DNA of 58,417 nucleotides, filler included, from Sphacelaria rigidula (Eukaryota): NCBI GenBank assembly GCA_964200075.2. It is 10 parts of 10 records of this genome, joined end to end, with 100 filler letters (N's around TTAATTAATTAA, not from the genome) between each part and the next. Parts side by side here need not be neighbours in the genome. Positions count along the whole stretch, not along the records: positions 35,113 to 40,864 come from CAXNAA020024734.1; positions 40,965 to 46,715 come from CAXNAA020024735.1; positions 46,816 to 52,566 come from CAXNAA020024736.1; 7 more parts are not named here. One strand, 5' to 3'. Shown piece by piece: positions 35,565 to 49,950 of this stretch (position 1 is its first letter; each line of letters starts with the position of its first letter). The notes under the pieces were generated by a model. It saw only the letters and a program-made list of their open reading frames with translations, ran no database searches and was not told where the DNA came from. The position numbers and the translations under genes were made by a program.

Positions 35565-37269
35565 GTGAGACTCAACGTATGCCTGGGCTCAATGCACCAG
35601 TGAGCATTCCCATGGAGAATGAGAGAGCAAAGCACAGCCGGGTCGTCACCCTGCAGGTTGCTGATGATAGCTTGTGAGTTCACTGCAGATTTCACAGAAA
35701 GGATCGGCTCAGTTCGCCTCGCGAAAATGACTATAAAGGGCAACAAGCTCGTCCTGCTCCGCTAAATACGCTAATCATTTTGGAAAACACTGCCGATAGA
35801 GTTCAGAACCAGTGTGTATCACCATGAACATCTCGATTAATCGACGTATGTTGTGCAGTTTGGTTTTCTGCGGGGGTGCCGTGACATATGTTCACCCTGG
35901 ACAGCACGGATCATTTTGGCACGGCGTCGTTTCAGTTTGAACGTTGTCCGAGGGTAAACCCATCATCTCTCGGTGGTGCTCATACCTGTAGCTATATGTT
36001 GAAGTGGGACAGCCACATTTTGTTTTCACTGCAGAAAATACGGTCAGGGTTGTTCAATTCTTTTGCTTGGTGTGGTTTTGCATGCAGTCGACGCCAGCGG
36101 TTTAAATCAGCATTTTTCGCCGGGAGGAGCAGTTGCATCACGCAAGCCGAGCAATCCCGGATGAGGAAAATGGAACAATATGTGGTAATGGGGAAACATT
36201 CTTCTGTGTTGTAGTGTTGCTGTTTCGACATAAATCTGCGGTTGAGCACCGAGGTCTGACAAAAGATCTCTGAGCATTTCCAGGAATGTACTTCCTCTGT
36301 CACATAAGTAAAGGTACCTAACGGCGATACATTGTTTAGGTATGCCAGTGGTGGCGACGATGTTGTGGTTGTGTTCGTTAGAAAGGCAAAGCGCAGACGA
36401 CGCTGATGAAATAAAAACGGAAAGAAAAGCTTGTTTTTATCACTAAACCTACGTCGAAATATACCCCATTTTGACCCTTTTTTATCCATTTCCCCCCCAT
36501 CATTGACCGATTTTGGACATTTTCACGCCAAGCACTAGCAATCACATGCTAACAAAATGTTGGATGGGGCGTACGTAGGTTAATGTCACGGACATGTCCA
36601 AAATAAATTATGGTTTCGCAGCTTTCACATTTTTTGGCCCATTTTTTGCGATTTTTTGTGTTTCCAGGTCCATCATGCTTTCCTGGGAAAACTAGGGGAG
36701 AATAGCCGTTCTTGGACCGACCTACTTCTTCTCGGCCGCACGGCTGCATGGTTCAAGCACGAGCTTAAAATTTAAAACACATTTTCCCACTCCAAAAAAC
36801 ACCGTAGAGTTAGCTCATTAGAAAACAAATGAACGATCGGACATCGTAAAGGGCCCGTACAAATTTAGGCACCTCTACTTATGGGACAAAGAAAGTAAGA
36901 GGTGTTGACGATGCGGTTCGGACAATCCTCATCATCCATTAACCTCGTACGTCCGGGTTCGAACTAGAAACCTCTGTTCGCGTAAATGGAGTAGCCGTCA
37001 GAGCTCAAGATGCTGAGGTCTACAATACACTAGCGGCGCATTTGTGTCACGTGTTGTGACGCTTACACGCTGAGGGATTCACCACTGGAGTTGGCGTATC
37101 GCGGCCACACGTGAGCATGCAGTTCCACACCGTGTGCGTGGCCGTATCCTCGGCGTTCAGGTTTTTCCTCTGACTGGCAGTATTTCTGCCTTTCACCTGA
37201 CTCTAGCCGGCTATCAATCGTGTCCTCTAGAAATATGGAAGACGCGGACGTTGCCAACCCTCATTCATT

Positions 37270-37715
37270 ATTCTGGTACTAACAGCCGATCATCGAAATC
37301 GAGGATGAAGTTTTTCACGGAGGATGAGGATTAAAATATTCGTATCCACACCAAATCTTCGAAATATGGTTCCACTCGTTCATCTTCTGGTAGCTTTTGA
37401 CAACTGCGACACGCCTTGCAAGAACGGATTTCGATAACAGAAATCTTGGGGTCCTGGAGGATTTTCGATTTGGGGACTTTCTGTGATCCGATCGGATCGC
37501 TGAAATTCCCCGAAATTGGTTCTTTACCTAGGACCCCAACACTTCGATAATCGAAATCCATATTTGTGCGACGTTTTTCGTCAATAACTACCGCGAGTTG
37601 AAGCAATGGAACAATATTCCGAAGATTTGGTGTGGATATGATGCTTTTAATCCTCCGCGTTATCATCCTCAATGAAAAGTCCCGTCCTCAATTTCAATGA
37701 TAAGCTGTTTACTGA
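37270..37715. mobile_element. Non-autonomous element with about 65-bp imperfect TIRs
   Basis: AACAGCCGATCATCGAAATCGAGGATGAAG...GAGGATGAGGATT pairs with ATCATCCTCAATGAAAAG...TTTCAATGATAAGCTGTT. Right end also at 42700-42890. Confidence 0.55.
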
Positions 37716-38719
37716 TGTAAGTGTAAAGGTGTTCATGAGGAGTGTAAAGGTTCTCGTGCGAATGGCGCACTCAGCAGGGTTTACGATGCGGGGGTCTGGT
37801 CCTTTCGTGTCATGTGTATTGACGGCTACACGTGGCGGGATTCACTACAGTAGTTGGCGTGTCGGGGACATACGTGAGTATGTTGTCCTACGTTGAAGGC
37901 GTAGCCGTACCCTCAGCGTTCACCCCTCTCCCTAGACTCAGACGACACTACACCTTACTCTGGTTGGCCATCACAGTCGTCTACATTGAATCGACCCGCG
38001 GGAAATGCAGTACCACGTCAGCTTTCCCATGTTGGGCGGGATTTTGGCATCTTCCGTCTAGTCCAAACGTGAGCGCTCAGGAGGGTATGACTTGAAACGA
38101 TCTCCTAGACTATGTCCTGCTGCATCGTAATACCACAGGGCGAGCAAAGGAGATCCCTACGTGTTTGGACCACGGCAAACACACACCACACCAACATACT
38201 AGACTCGTCGTCTTTAGCTTACAGCCTTGTCGATGCAAGGCATTCCCTAGCTAGTTTGGATGCGGGATCGCAAACGAACGAGAGATAGCAGAGGCGGTGC
38301 TAGTAAACGTTGCAAAACCCCTCCTTGCTCTTCGATGCCATGATTAGTGACTTTTGAAAAAAATGCGAGGAAATCATTATATATGACAGGGGGTTCAAAA
38401 GTATGAGATTTTTACATGGAAGCAAGCTTTATGCATGGGATTCGAAAGAGTGCGAAAGCGACCTCACCTTTCCGCAGAACATGGTGGGAAGTTCGCAGAG
38501 TAGAGGAGGAGTAGTCGTAGAGCACTACCGAAAGATGTTAATACCAACAACCAACAAACCGTTCGACGCGGAATTCGAGAAAGAAACTAACATGTAGGCG
38601 AAGGCAAATTAATCGGCATCTTGACAGGAAATAGTTGTCCGACATAATTGCAAGCAGAGTCTTCGAGAGAGGAGGTAAAGGAGTGTGTAGCTGAAGTCGT
38701 GCATAGAAAGGCAGCAGGC

Positions 38720-38892
38720 GCGTACTCACGATCGTGCATGCCGTAGTCATATGACCATCGGCCTCAGATCCCCACAAAGCCGGGACGGAGCACGCCAGGT
38801 GTTCGCGGGACCCAGCTCGCAATGTATCACCAAGACCGAAGCGCCGTGATGTATTCGGCGAATCGCTTGAAGGGTGAGCTGTATCCCGCTAA
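38720..38892 (-). mobile_element. 170-190 bp dispersed repeat, reverse copy
   Basis: GTACTCACGATCGTGCATGCC...AAAGCCGGGACGGAGCACG...GGGTGAGCTGTATCCCGCTAA. Confidence 0.8.
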
Positions 38893-39029
38893 AATCGTAA
38901 GACCCCAATCGTACTTCTCATCTGGCATGTGAATGACAGGTTCAAATGAGTTGCTTTATTTTCTGGTGTCGCCACTTCGAGAGACAAGCACAGATTCCAA
39001 ACGGCCTCGTGCATGACTGCCTCACTGTA

Positions 39030-40430
39030 GCCGCTGTAGGGGTAGACGATGTTGTACATGGATTTACGAAGTACGGGGTGGAAGGAGTGATTACCATGAT
39101 GGCTATGTTGTGTACTTGGATATCGGAAAAAGAGTACTCACCCGACAGGTGAAGAAAATTAATAGTTAACCTCTCCAGGAAAGGATACGGCTGACCAAGG
39201 GAATTGCAGAGGTGAAACGCGCCAATGCACTGAGAAATACATGCTGTAAGATTCTATAGAAAATAGTAGGGGCGATGCTGGAGAAGGAACAAGCATCGAA
39301 GGGTGAGCAGGGCTGAGAGCATAGGGAGCTGCGAAGACTATGTGTCATATCAATGGGGATTACTCGAGGTCAGAGAGACGGGGCTAAGAACGTACCACTT
39401 TCGTTGCAGACGTACAGAAGACGTACGGTACAGTATGCAAAAATGGACTATGGAAACGGATGCGTGAAAAATACCTCAGGCGGAAGATGTAAAAAATGTT
39501 ACGGAAAGACGACAGAACGTGGAAGAGTGTAACGATGCTACACCTAAACATGCTGGCATTTTGCAAGAAGTTGCACCAGGATATACGTTGTCTACAGACT
39601 TGATTGCAAGTCATTTATCAATGAAGTGATGTTGTTCAGGAAAGGGGGGAAAAGATGTTGGGATCGATGTCCACCGATACTTTCGTGGGGATATCAGAAA
39701 CACCACAAGAGTTAAAGAAACAAGAAGAGGAGGTGCTCGAATAGACTAGGAAAAATGGGAGTGACAACGAATCTAAATAAAAGCACAGTAGTATAGTGTA
39801 AGGGCGATACGGAGAACCCGAGACAAAACATGAGAACTTGAGGAGGAGAAGAATCACCCATTTGGGACCAGTATGGAAAGCTTGACGTAGAGAAGGAATA
39901 ACTGTTCTTGGCGTTCTAACATACATGAATTGACTAGAAGGGAGATGGACAGATGGGCGAGATGGGCATAATTCTAAGAGCCTCGCACCTCAACACTAAG
40001 ATTGAGATATGCATTCCGATGAATGCAAGCGTACTAAAGCTAAAGTATGCTGGAGATTATGGAAAGGTGACGCAAAGTTGATGCAATAGCTGGGCACGGT
40101 ACTATTGACAGCAGCTGATGATATCCTTGGATGCTCAAAGACGATACGAGACTGGGAATGGAAATGCACCTATTTGGAACGAAGAGAGACATGAAAAAAT
40201 TGAGATGGCAACATTGCAAACGGAACACGCCAAGGAAGAGGCTGCCAGCCATGTTTTTTTGATAGGTCGAAATGAAAGAAAGTATCGGAAGGGCGGGTTG
40301 GAATAAGGTGGGGTAGCGTATCCCCGAAAATGTGTTCATGGGTATGTGGGGTAGATGATTGACAAGGAGATATGTGACCGACACAGTCGTGAAGGAAAAA
40401 CTCGCCTGAAGGGAAAACGTGATGAAATGG
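39030..40430 (+). pseudogene. Decayed non-LTR (LINE) reverse transcriptase
   Basis: RT blocks in order, with many stops and frameshifts: AAVGVDDVVHGFTKYGVEGVITMM; GKDTADQGNCRG (KGDxxDPGNYR); FVADVQKTYGTVCKNGLWKRM (FLDxxKAYD); ILQEVAPGYTLS (QGxxLSP); STDTFVGISETPQEL (FADD). Confidence 0.82.
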
Positions 40431-41884
40431 TCAATATTCCTTCCCTGGATCAATATTTCTTCATTTACTGATTGTGCGAATTCCTCGTCGGACGCTGTCC
40501 CAGTGGGAAAGAGCCCCTTGGTCCTCGTGTTATTGTACACCGAATACAGTTTGGGTAACCTTCTTTACATCATCCGTTCAGTGGCGTGATGGGTCGCTTC
40601 AGTCTCCCATCTTGGTTCACATCAAAGGACCTTGTGGCACGACGTGTACCCGACTCAAGGTTCCCGTTTCACCAAACTTGATTCCAGCAACGACGTCCTC
40701 GGCGATATTGGTTTAAATATAAGGGCAATGGCCTAGAGAAGGTATACCTTCTCGTTCTTTGCCTAAGAAAGGCACGAAAAATGGTCAGAAACGCGAAAAC
40801 AGCTCGACACGCCATTTTGACCGTTTTCGCTCCGGATGTTTCACGCACATCATTCGGGGGGGCCNNNNNNNNNNNNNNNNNNNNNNNNNNNNNNNNNNNN
40901 NNNNNNNNTTAATTAATTAANNNNNNNNNNNNNNNNNNNNNNNNNNNNNNNNNNNNNNNNNNNNCCCCCCGCGTGGGGGCCCCCTGACAGAGGCGGGGGC
41001 GGGGCCGCGGGGGTGTCCCCCGACCCGGGGAAGGGGGGGGGGGGGGGGGGGGGGGGAGGGATAACATGAAGGTTTCGGATGGTAACGATACGGCGAAAAT
41101 TCTCTAACAACATTTTTAAGATTGGATTAACTTGAGGAAGCTATGGACGTATTCCTCAGCGTTGAGAACTAAATGCGGCAAGAGAGCAAAAGCTCTGCTT
41201 TCAGGGCTGAGGGCAGACTGGACCTCAAAACGCTTCGAGCATATGGCAACCAATTCTCGATCCTGCAGGACAAAAGCACCCCAGTATGTACAAGGGAGCC
41301 AGGATGTCAACGAAAAATTAGAGAATCACCTCTTTCGTAAAATAGGCGTGTACGAGTAACCATCGCAGCGATTGAAAAACAAGAGGAAAACTCCAAGCCC
41401 TGAGGCTGTGCATGTTACAAGTGGTTGTTATTACGGAGTTTACAGCCTTGACAAGTTCAAGCCTTCTTCCATCGCAGCTGCGAGAGTTGACAGAGTCCAC
41501 AACTACATGCGAGTTACGTTTCGCGCAGATGGCTACGAGCTGGGCCAGCCAAAAAACCCGCATTATTCCCTTCGACACATGACAACTTTTTCAACTTCCC
41601 GAATCTGCCCGATGTAACTGCGTCGCTGCAAACTGCAGGCCAACCTGCTGATGACATGCTCTACCGGTCAACAATCAAAAGTTGAAAATTAAAATGCAAT
41701 ACTACTTCATAAAAAGTGATGTCAACTACAGAACCAGGTTCTGCAAAACAGGGGGGGGGGGGGGGATCCGTCGGGATTTAAACTTTTAACCTTCCACCCT
41801 GACAGACGCCTCCTGCNNNNNNNNNNAAAAGAAATGGGGCAACACCCAGACCGGGGGGGCGGGAGGGGGGGGGGGGGGGGGGGG

Positions 41885-41962
41885 GATCCGTCGGGATTCG
41901 AACTTGTGACCTTCCACCCTGACTGAAGCCTGCTGCACCGGTTAGACGATCGGGTGCAGCGG
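41885..41962 (-). mobile_element. tRNA-like SINE head
   Basis: Minus strand CGATCGTCTAACCGG (A-box-like) ... AGTTCGAATCCCGACGG (B box). Partly duplicated at 41765-41816 next to an N gap. Confidence 0.45.
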
Positions 41963-43028
41963 TGTTTAACACAAGTAGTAGAATGCTCTGCCCAATTTTA
42001 GGATTTTGGGCGCGACTTTTTACAAAAATCTTTCACAAGAAAGTTGAAATTTATTCAGGGGAGCAGTCAAATATTTGGTTTCCGTCTAGTTATTATTTTC
42101 CCCCCCAAAACAATTCGACCTCTCTGGGTTTTTTTTCTCTTGGCAGCTTCCGCCACTTTCTGCCGATTGATCCTATACATTTTGTCTCAAAATTTCAGCC
42201 CCCAGCCTCTAAGATTCGAAATTGGGCACGCGGGCGAAACTGTTCAACCTCCGACGGAAGTTCTTGACTGGCCAAGCTCGTTGGAGCGTTGATGTTAGCC
42301 AGTGCATACCACGTCCACAGTGAGTCTTTAATGGAGGAGCCCAGCAAAGTTTGCCGAAATCTGTGTGGCTGCCAACAAATACGGTAGACTCTCTCTTTAT
42401 ATATATCTACCCCGTTGTGGATGATGACGTGAAGGGTGCGGAGAGTGAACGCAGAACCGAACGAAAACCGAGACATGTATGTGAAGGTCGACAAGAGCAC
42501 AGAGGTTTACGTACTTGCTGCTTCATGACTATTATAGACAGAGTATTGTGGCGCCCCCGCTGATTCGCACAGGGTTTGTTTTCAGGGGGCACGTAGGTGC
42601 TGAATAAAATTTGGCGCCATCTAGATGGTTGAAACGCGTCAATTCAAGAAAGGCCAAGCATGTTATCACCATGTTTCTTCACCTGGGACCCCAACATTTC
42701 GGTTATCGAAATCCAAATTTGTAGGGCGTGTAGTAGTTGTCGATAGCTGCCAGGATGTAAATGAATGCAACCACCTATATTTCGAAAGAATTGTTGTTGA
42801 TACGAAGGTTTTAATTATCCGGGTTATCATCCTCAATGAGAAGCTCCATCCTCCATTTTGATGATCGGCTGTTTAATGCCAAAAGGTGATTTCGTCGACC
42901 GACACTTATACAAACAATTCTATAAAATATATGAGGTTGTACGATGAAATGAGGTTCAAGTCCAAAACAGTGCTTGCTCCACACTTTCAGCGATGGTGCC
43001 CAATGACTTTTTTTGTCGACCTTCTTCC

Positions 43029-43477
43029 TGTCATAGAGAGTGGAGTAGCTAATACAGTGGCTGGGGTCTCTCAGTATGAGTGCCAGGAGATACCATGGTG
43101 CCAACCCACCAAGCTCCCACGTGGGCAACCTCACACAGACCTAGCTATCCTTCCTTGACTATCACAAAGTAGATTCATTCATGTTCAGACTCTTGATAAG
43201 GAACTCACGTGTTTGCTTAGCATAATGTTTTATCTACAAGCCTCTCTTACTCAGTACAGCCGCAGGGCAGCCATAGGGGCAAAGCGTAGTGATGGCCCAG
43301 GGTAGAGACCAAGGCAAGCCGGTAACTGATCAAGATGGGGCGACGCGGCCTGCGGCCGCGGATGAACAACCCTAACTAATGGCAGTAGCAGATGCGATAA
43401 CAACGCGTCACGGAATCCAGGGTCTACGAGCAGACCCGCACAGAATATATCTTGCAACGCCTCTGAGCTTCATCACA
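43029..43477 (-). mobile_element. LTR, reverse copy of the 54090-54531 family
   Basis: Minus strand reads TGTGATGAAGCTCAGAGGCG...TAGCTACTCC...ATGACA, closely similar to 54090-54531. No clean TSD. Confidence 0.82.
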
Positions 43478-46232
43478 CATTGCTGTTTTTTTTAATGGAA
43501 TGTTTCATAGCGGTTTTGCCAATTATTGTCGATGGATATAATTGGACACGCTTCATCCGTTGCGTGGTATGAGTGGACAAACCTTACCCAAATTCTCCAG
43601 GGAGGACATTCTTCTTCGGGCTTCCATTATAAAAATGGTTGCAGTCGGCCTATTCTGTTTCCATGTTTTCCTCTGCGTCAGGGCTTCTCATAATAAGGCG
43701 TTTGGCCAGGGGACAGGAGGGGAGGGTTCCAAAAGGGTTAATCGAAATTCCAAGCCAAGTGCGCCGTGGTTTCCCCCTAGAAAATTGCCCCAAATTCAAC
43801 GTAGTTTTTAGCTCCAGTAAAGCCAAATCCCGTGAAAACGTGCCTCCGGCACGGCGCCTTCAGCGGGGCATTTCGAGGGCGCCTCCAGCGGGGCCCTCTC
43901 TGCCAGGGGGGACTTTTTGCCCGAGGCTTCGCCGCTCCATGACCATACCATTAACCACCATTTTACTGGTTAATGGTTGCGCTACCCGTTACCAATTAAG
44001 TGGTTAGTGGTTCAACAAACGATTTCCGAGCTCTACAAATTGGTCAAGTTCGAGCGAATAATAAGGACTCACTCTAGATCAACGCTAGCCTCTCGATTTG
44101 TTAACATGAACACGTGCGTGAAAAAACGCGGGTAAAAATCCGGACAAGTACGCAGAAAACTGCCGACCACGCGCTAAATTTGATGAAATTGACAACCTGT
44201 TTTTGCCATGTATGTGAAGAGTGCATTATTTTTGCAATACACCAGTTTTGACAGTGTGCATGACATGATCCCGTCACGGGTGAATGTGTCGATCAGAAGT
44301 GAAGAGCTTGTTACACATCGAGTGAGATCCCGTTTGTTCACCGTGCGCATGCTTTGCGCCCTCAAGTGACATAACACCATGCTTGCAAACGTTTGCAGAT
44401 GTTTCCATCAATTCGATTCACTTGGTGTCTTGTCGACAGCACGAAGTTGACGGGACAATCCCACCACGAAGTGTACATCGACGTATCATCATTTTTCTTT
44501 CACATTGGCGACACCGGTGAAATGATGATTCTGTGTGCTTGCTAAGCAGAAGATCTCGAGTTGATAGCCCGGACCCCACAATGCACCAACGCGACGAAAT
44601 GAATGAATATAAAGTACTTGTAGCGGAGGATCCCTGAAAAATGGTGCTGGGAATCGTGCGAAATGGTGTATGCCCCACGCTCACGTAAAAGGCGCAAACA
44701 CGCCCAACCTCGAACAGCCCGAAAGGTTGTAAACAACTGTTTGTGGCCCTCCTCGCAACTTGCCGGCAATTTTTTTCGGAAACCGTTCTCAATTTGTTTT
44801 CAAACTCAACAGTTCTCTAACGACCACGAAGGAAAAAATGCACGTGGAACATTCCTGGGATCGATTACCACCCATTGTGTTTACAATTCCGACCATTGTC
44901 CGTTCCCATATAGAAATCCCGATTGCATTCCCAGGATCTCCTGTCATCCCCTCAACAACAGCCGAAATCTGTCCAGCAAGGAGTGGCCAATCAGTCAAGA
45001 TTGCATCAGTCGTAGGGTAGTCCTCTTGAACCTCCAAAGCCAATATCTGAGTCGTTCGTCTCCGGACTAAAGCACTGCATGTTTGAGGCTCGGAGCTGTT
45101 TCCCCCCCGGCCCAAAAAGTCAAGGTATACTGTTGAAAAAAATGCTGAACACCTCGCAACCTCTTTGGGACCATGTTCTAGATGGGTTGGTCGAAATTGT
45201 AAAACAAATTGGGAAATGGTACCTTTTGGGGGGAGATTTACCCCACCATTTGCTCCGTCTCGAAAGATGCGTTGTCAATGGTAAAAAATGAGTACGCCGC
45301 CCTGAAGGTGGGATGGCTGAGATCAGAGGCAGGCGACATACTGACCTCTACATGTGCCGGGTACATCCCGGCAATACCAATGGTTGCGTTGTCGCGACGG
45401 GGATTGAACATGACTCGACATCGCGGGACCGGGGCGGTCACGAAGCCGAGTATTTGAGCGACCGAAAGAGATCAAATCGCGCCGTGATGAGTGCTTAGAC
45501 GGTGAAACTTGAACCTCCCCACGATCGTGGATAGTTGAAAAAAACGAGCACGAAGCAACAGCAGTTATCTAGCCAGTGGATCGATTGATGGATCCGCGAT
45601 CTGACGATGCAACGATAATTCAGTACGATTTTTGTATTTCAGTGAAACACCAGAAACAGACGCACCCAACCGCTCACACTGCAGCAGCAGCTGTGGAGTG
45701 CAGTGTTGTTATAGTGTTAGGCGGGATGCACCCTCTTGGTGAAAGCCGGTCGGGTCAGAGGTCAGATACCTTCAAGGCTCTGTCCTCACAAGGGATCGGA
45801 TTATAGACGTGTTCAGATCAGCTAACACCACAATAGCTTCACGCAGTAAGCCATACCCACTTGATACAAAAGACTCTTGTTCACTCGTATTCCTTATCGC
45901 TCCTTTCAATGCTCTCTCAGCTGCTCTCCGGCTATACCAATGGCTTAACAATCAGCTCCACCCGGGCGAGTATCGCAAGAGGACTGGAGGACCCATGTCT
46001 ATACCTTTTTATCAGTCTCACATCCGGCCTTGTGAAGCTCAATCAGACCCGCAACGTATAGAATCCCAGGTTTGATCATAAACGCCTTCTAGCTTCATGA
46101 CACTCGCCCATCCACAGGAACCTCTATTACAGTTGCGATGAGAAATCTCGAAAAGCGACGAAAATCGAGGTTTTTCTCTACGTCAAGTCATGAGCGACAA
46201 GGAAGGCGAACTCAATGCTATAAAAGCACTAG

Positions 46233-46319
46233 GGCGAAGTGGCTAAAAAGAGAAGGTACACCCCAGACGACGAGGGCAACATCCACTCCGTTGCCCGATC
46301 CTCCCACACCCCAAACAAG
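46233..46319 (+). CDS. Possible isolated exon, unknown protein
   Basis: TAG acceptor, AAG/GTAAGC donor, 87 bp open (GEVAKKRRYTPDDEGNIHSVARSSHTPNK). No recognised homology. Confidence 0.25.
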
Positions 46320-46534
46320 GTAAGCGAAATCTGCTACCGAAAAGCGCAAGTGCGCTTGAAGACGCAAGAGCACACAATGATCCTGCGGGCTAGCGAATTA
46401 AACAGACGAACACAAATGCTTCGACGTGCTAGCCAAAATAAAGGGGGAAAAGAGAAAACACACGAGGGGCACAACGCCTACGTGGGTGGTACCAAAGTCA
46501 ACCGCCGAAAAGTCAGTCACATGCGGCGAAGTGC

Positions 46535-46715
46535 GCTGAAGTGCCTGAGGGACGATCTCCACGCTTTCGGAGCCACAGACGGCTCTACGGACGACAACCG
46601 CCAGACATTCGGAATTGACCGCGCCCTTTGGACATCAGCAGCAAAGAAGGAGGGGGGGTTGCCGTGGCACGCGGGAGTGCTGCAGGGAACGGAGAGGTTC
46701 ATGACCTCATGGCAC
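46535..46715 (+). mobile_element. 3' fragment of LINE ORF (RTE-like C-terminus)
   Basis: LKCLRDDLHAFG...LWTSAAKK...WHAGVLQGTERFMTSWH fits the xxDLxxxG...WxxxA...W pattern at the end of RTE-type ORFs. Confidence 0.6.
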
Positions 46716-47749
46716 NNNNNNNNNNNNNNNNNNNNNNNNNNNNNNNNNNNNNNNNNNNNTTAATTAATTAANNNNNNNNNNNNNNNNNNNNNNNNNNNNN
46801 NNNNNNNNNNNNNNNACGTGCGGTCTGCAGCGTACTAGATCTTACAGTATTGAACGTGCCGAGTGTACGCAGCATGCGTTTGGACATCGCACAATGGCTG
46901 CCGCCGCAAATGCCCCTGACTACCGTAGAGCAATTGCTCTGCGATGGCGGTCGCCTCACCGTCGAAATACTTGTCTACATCTACGTGCATGGGGTACTCG
47001 TGGCCGCCGTTCGCGTGTTGCGCCATGACGTTTGATGCCAGATGGAGGTGTGGAGCTAGTACGACGCTCAGGCAGTGCACCGAAGTTGCTCAAACACCTG
47101 AGTGTTGGCTATACAATCTATTGTTGATTAGGAATGATCATACGGTAGAGGTAGACGCCTGGTAGACATATTGTCTGTCTACCCTCATAACTTGTTACTC
47201 TCCGAAAATGTTCGGTAGTAATGTTTTGACCATTCCGACTGTTGACCAATAGATCAACCTCCTGCAGTCACCAGGGTACAGTCAGTACCTCGTGTCTTGG
47301 AGCTTCGCAGGTGACCACAGGAGTGCGGAGTCTAGGTCTCACATCTCCTCTCCAAGTGAAAGAAAAAATACACTGCCCACGTCTAGAGGCCGGGACGCAC
47401 CGCAATCGATACAAACAGTACAGTGCAGCAAATCTACTCGAGTCGTCAAAAAATGGTTCGATTTACGTGGGCGATTTCTGTGCTAATTTTTACCGGGATA
47501 CGAGGCCCGGCAAATTGAAAGATTACGGATTTGCTGCACCCTCGGGAGGATTTCAATCACGCCTACCCGGTCTCGCGTTCACCCGGGTTCACTTTTTTTG
47601 GCCGGACTAGTGATTTTCTCAAAACATAAAAGTGTTGAATTTCTTCGCGATTCGTACGTGATATTTGGGACCGCTCAAAAGGTTTTCGAGGGTTGCGTGA
47701 GAAATCGCTAATCCGGCCAATATCCGATCTATCTGGGGTTATGGATCAG

Positions 47750-48063
47750 TATTTATTTTTTTGTCGCACTTCGAACCCCTCCCCTTCCTCGGGACGAGTC
47801 CGCGGTCTCAAGGGATCAATCCATCTCTTCCCGGTACACGCCTTGCATTTTGGTCTCGTGGATTGGATCATGACCAAACACTCCCGCACCGCGTCAACTC
47901 ACGTCAAACAAACTCAGTCAACTACTTTGTTCACTCACGTTCTCGTGCTTTTCACAGGGGAAATTAGGTGCTACGAAGAAAAAACCCAACGCATCGGGAA
48001 TAGAACCCTCGTTATCTCGACCCTAATGGCGACAGTCGGACGATTACACCACAGGGGTACGGC
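47750..48063 (-). mobile_element. tRNA-derived SINE, family A (near full length)
   Basis: Minus strand TGGTGTAATCGT (A-box-like), GGTTCTATTCCC (B-box-like), A-rich tail at about 47750-47762. Further copies at 52408-52566 with a (TA)n tail, 1200-1455 and 26205-26325. Confidence 0.72.
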
Positions 48064-48719
48064 AAAGTGTGCTTGAATGCTCTGGGAGAGTACAGCACGA
48101 AGCCGTATTTCCCGCGAAAAGTGGTGCTGAATCGCCGAAATAGGCATTTTTTACGAGATTTTCTTTTGACACTCAGGAAGCAACCCGGGATCTTGATGAT
48201 CTACCGTGCGTGCCGTTGGCAAAGTCAACAGTTAATTAATAACATGCTATGCAGAATATGCACTCTCACAATTTCTCACCGCTGGATGTATACAGTATCG
48301 ACACCGGAATTCCGCGGCGAACGCCTCGAGCGCTCCTAGCAAAACCGAACCATCAAGGCCGCCGTTAAGCTTTGCCTGTGTCGTCGTGCCGAGTAAATCG
48401 ATCGAGACATTGAAAGTGAGGCACACCGACTTTTCCTAAAAATGTCGGGAAGTAGGGCGATACACTGGGAAGCTGACGCCGGTGTGTATGTCGATCTTTT
48501 ATGTCAAGTTATCGTATCGTAGTGGGGGCTTCTTCTTGTAGGCATATAGTATGATTTTTTTTCTTTCCCCTCGATTCGTTTTTTTTCGCAAATTCTATCG
48601 GCGCGTGTGCTGAATTTTCTCTGTTTCGTGTCCCTGTACTCCATAGCATAGCCCACATCCTCAGTGTTGGGTTAGGTTTCCTCCTTCCGTGAGGAAAAGA
48701 AAAAACCTCAGCACCCAAC

Positions 48720-49040
48720 ATGTCACCACGAAAATATAGCAATGATTGGAGGGAGCTCGCTTGCGTAATGTACCGACAGCGTATGAAGTCTTTGGCCGCG
48801 AGGGTAGGTGACCTTCTTGATCGGCATCAATATTCAGTTTTTAAAAGTTTGCATGATCTAGATGGACTACCCGCACCGCTGTCCCTTAGGTCTTGGGTGC
48901 ATGGCTTGGACCAAGAATATATGATCGAGGCGAGATGTAGAAAGGTGGGCCCCGTCACCAACGTCAGCAGCATGATCCGCCCTATACTCCTGGACTTAAC
49001 TGAATGCTGTGATAGGTATGTCGGTAGGTTTTACAGTGGA
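48720..49040 (+). pseudogene. Possible N-terminal HTH region of a Tc1/IS630-like transposase, interrupted by a MITE
   Basis: MSPRKYSNDWRELACVMY...PAPLSLRSWV resembles the MxxxYSxDLR...Y...RW start of such transposases. No DDE core recognised. Confidence 0.3.
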
Positions 49041-49295
49041 CACTTTTTACGATAGCCCACCTCCCGAAAGTGCATGGTTTGGGGAGGCACAATCTTCACG
49101 TGAATCGAAATGGAAGTAGCCGAGTACAACGAGCAGCTGGGAATTCCCACGCTGGACTTCGTTCTCCCCAATGTCGTCAATATGGGGCGCTTCATGGAGC
49201 CTGAAGCCAAACATCAGGCGCTCTATGATTATTTTTTTCGTGACACTTTTGGGCTGTTTTTTTTTCGGAGGGGGGGGGGCTATCGTGAAAAGTGT
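49040..49295. mobile_element. MITE with ACACTTTT.ACGATAGCCC TIRs
   Basis: Left ACACTTTTTACGATAGCCC, right GGGCTATCGTGAAAAGTGT. Confidence 0.7.
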
Positions 49296-49950
49296 TAATG
49301 AAGCTGACCACAATCCTTACCATGATTGGAGGGTCCCGGACTATGAGGGAGCGCTTCATGGCCCAGCAGAATAAACACAGCGAAAACGGCATTTGTTGTG
49401 CCGATGAATTTCTCGCCGCGTATTCATAGGAAAAATCCACATGCCCACAAGATGGTGTCTCATCGAGGCATGTGAAATCTGTTCGCAAACATTTTCGTGC
49501 CCATGGCGACCACTTCCACTCTCATGCAGAGTACATATTTTCTGTCCAGATGCAAGCCAGATCTGCGCACAGGTTTAAAAATGCGGCGTTTCTTGCAGTA
49601 TTTGTAGTCGATGCGGTCCAACTTCTCTGTAATGGTACAGGCGGCCTGGCCGATACTCTTCCTGAACAGTCCACTTCCCACGCGCGGCGCAATGTTTCAA
49701 ATTTCAACACGACAATTGACGATGCAGAGGCCTATGTTCCGTCTGGAAGCGGACTTTTTTTCATTGCATTCAAATCCGCGTCTTGTCGGGACCAAAAGAA
49801 GAGGCGGGGAAATGATCAGGCGCGCAAAGTAGCACGTTGATTGATCGTCGGGCGGGTCTATCGTGGCGGCGACTAATGAACGTGATCATGATACTTTGTT
49901 CGAGCGCTTGTTCCTTTTCTCGTTTTTTTTTCTTTTCTCCTGATCTCAAC

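Noticed and set aside
46835..47080. Coding-like minus-strand ORF at contig edge
   Set aside because: No recognisable motif or clear splice sites.
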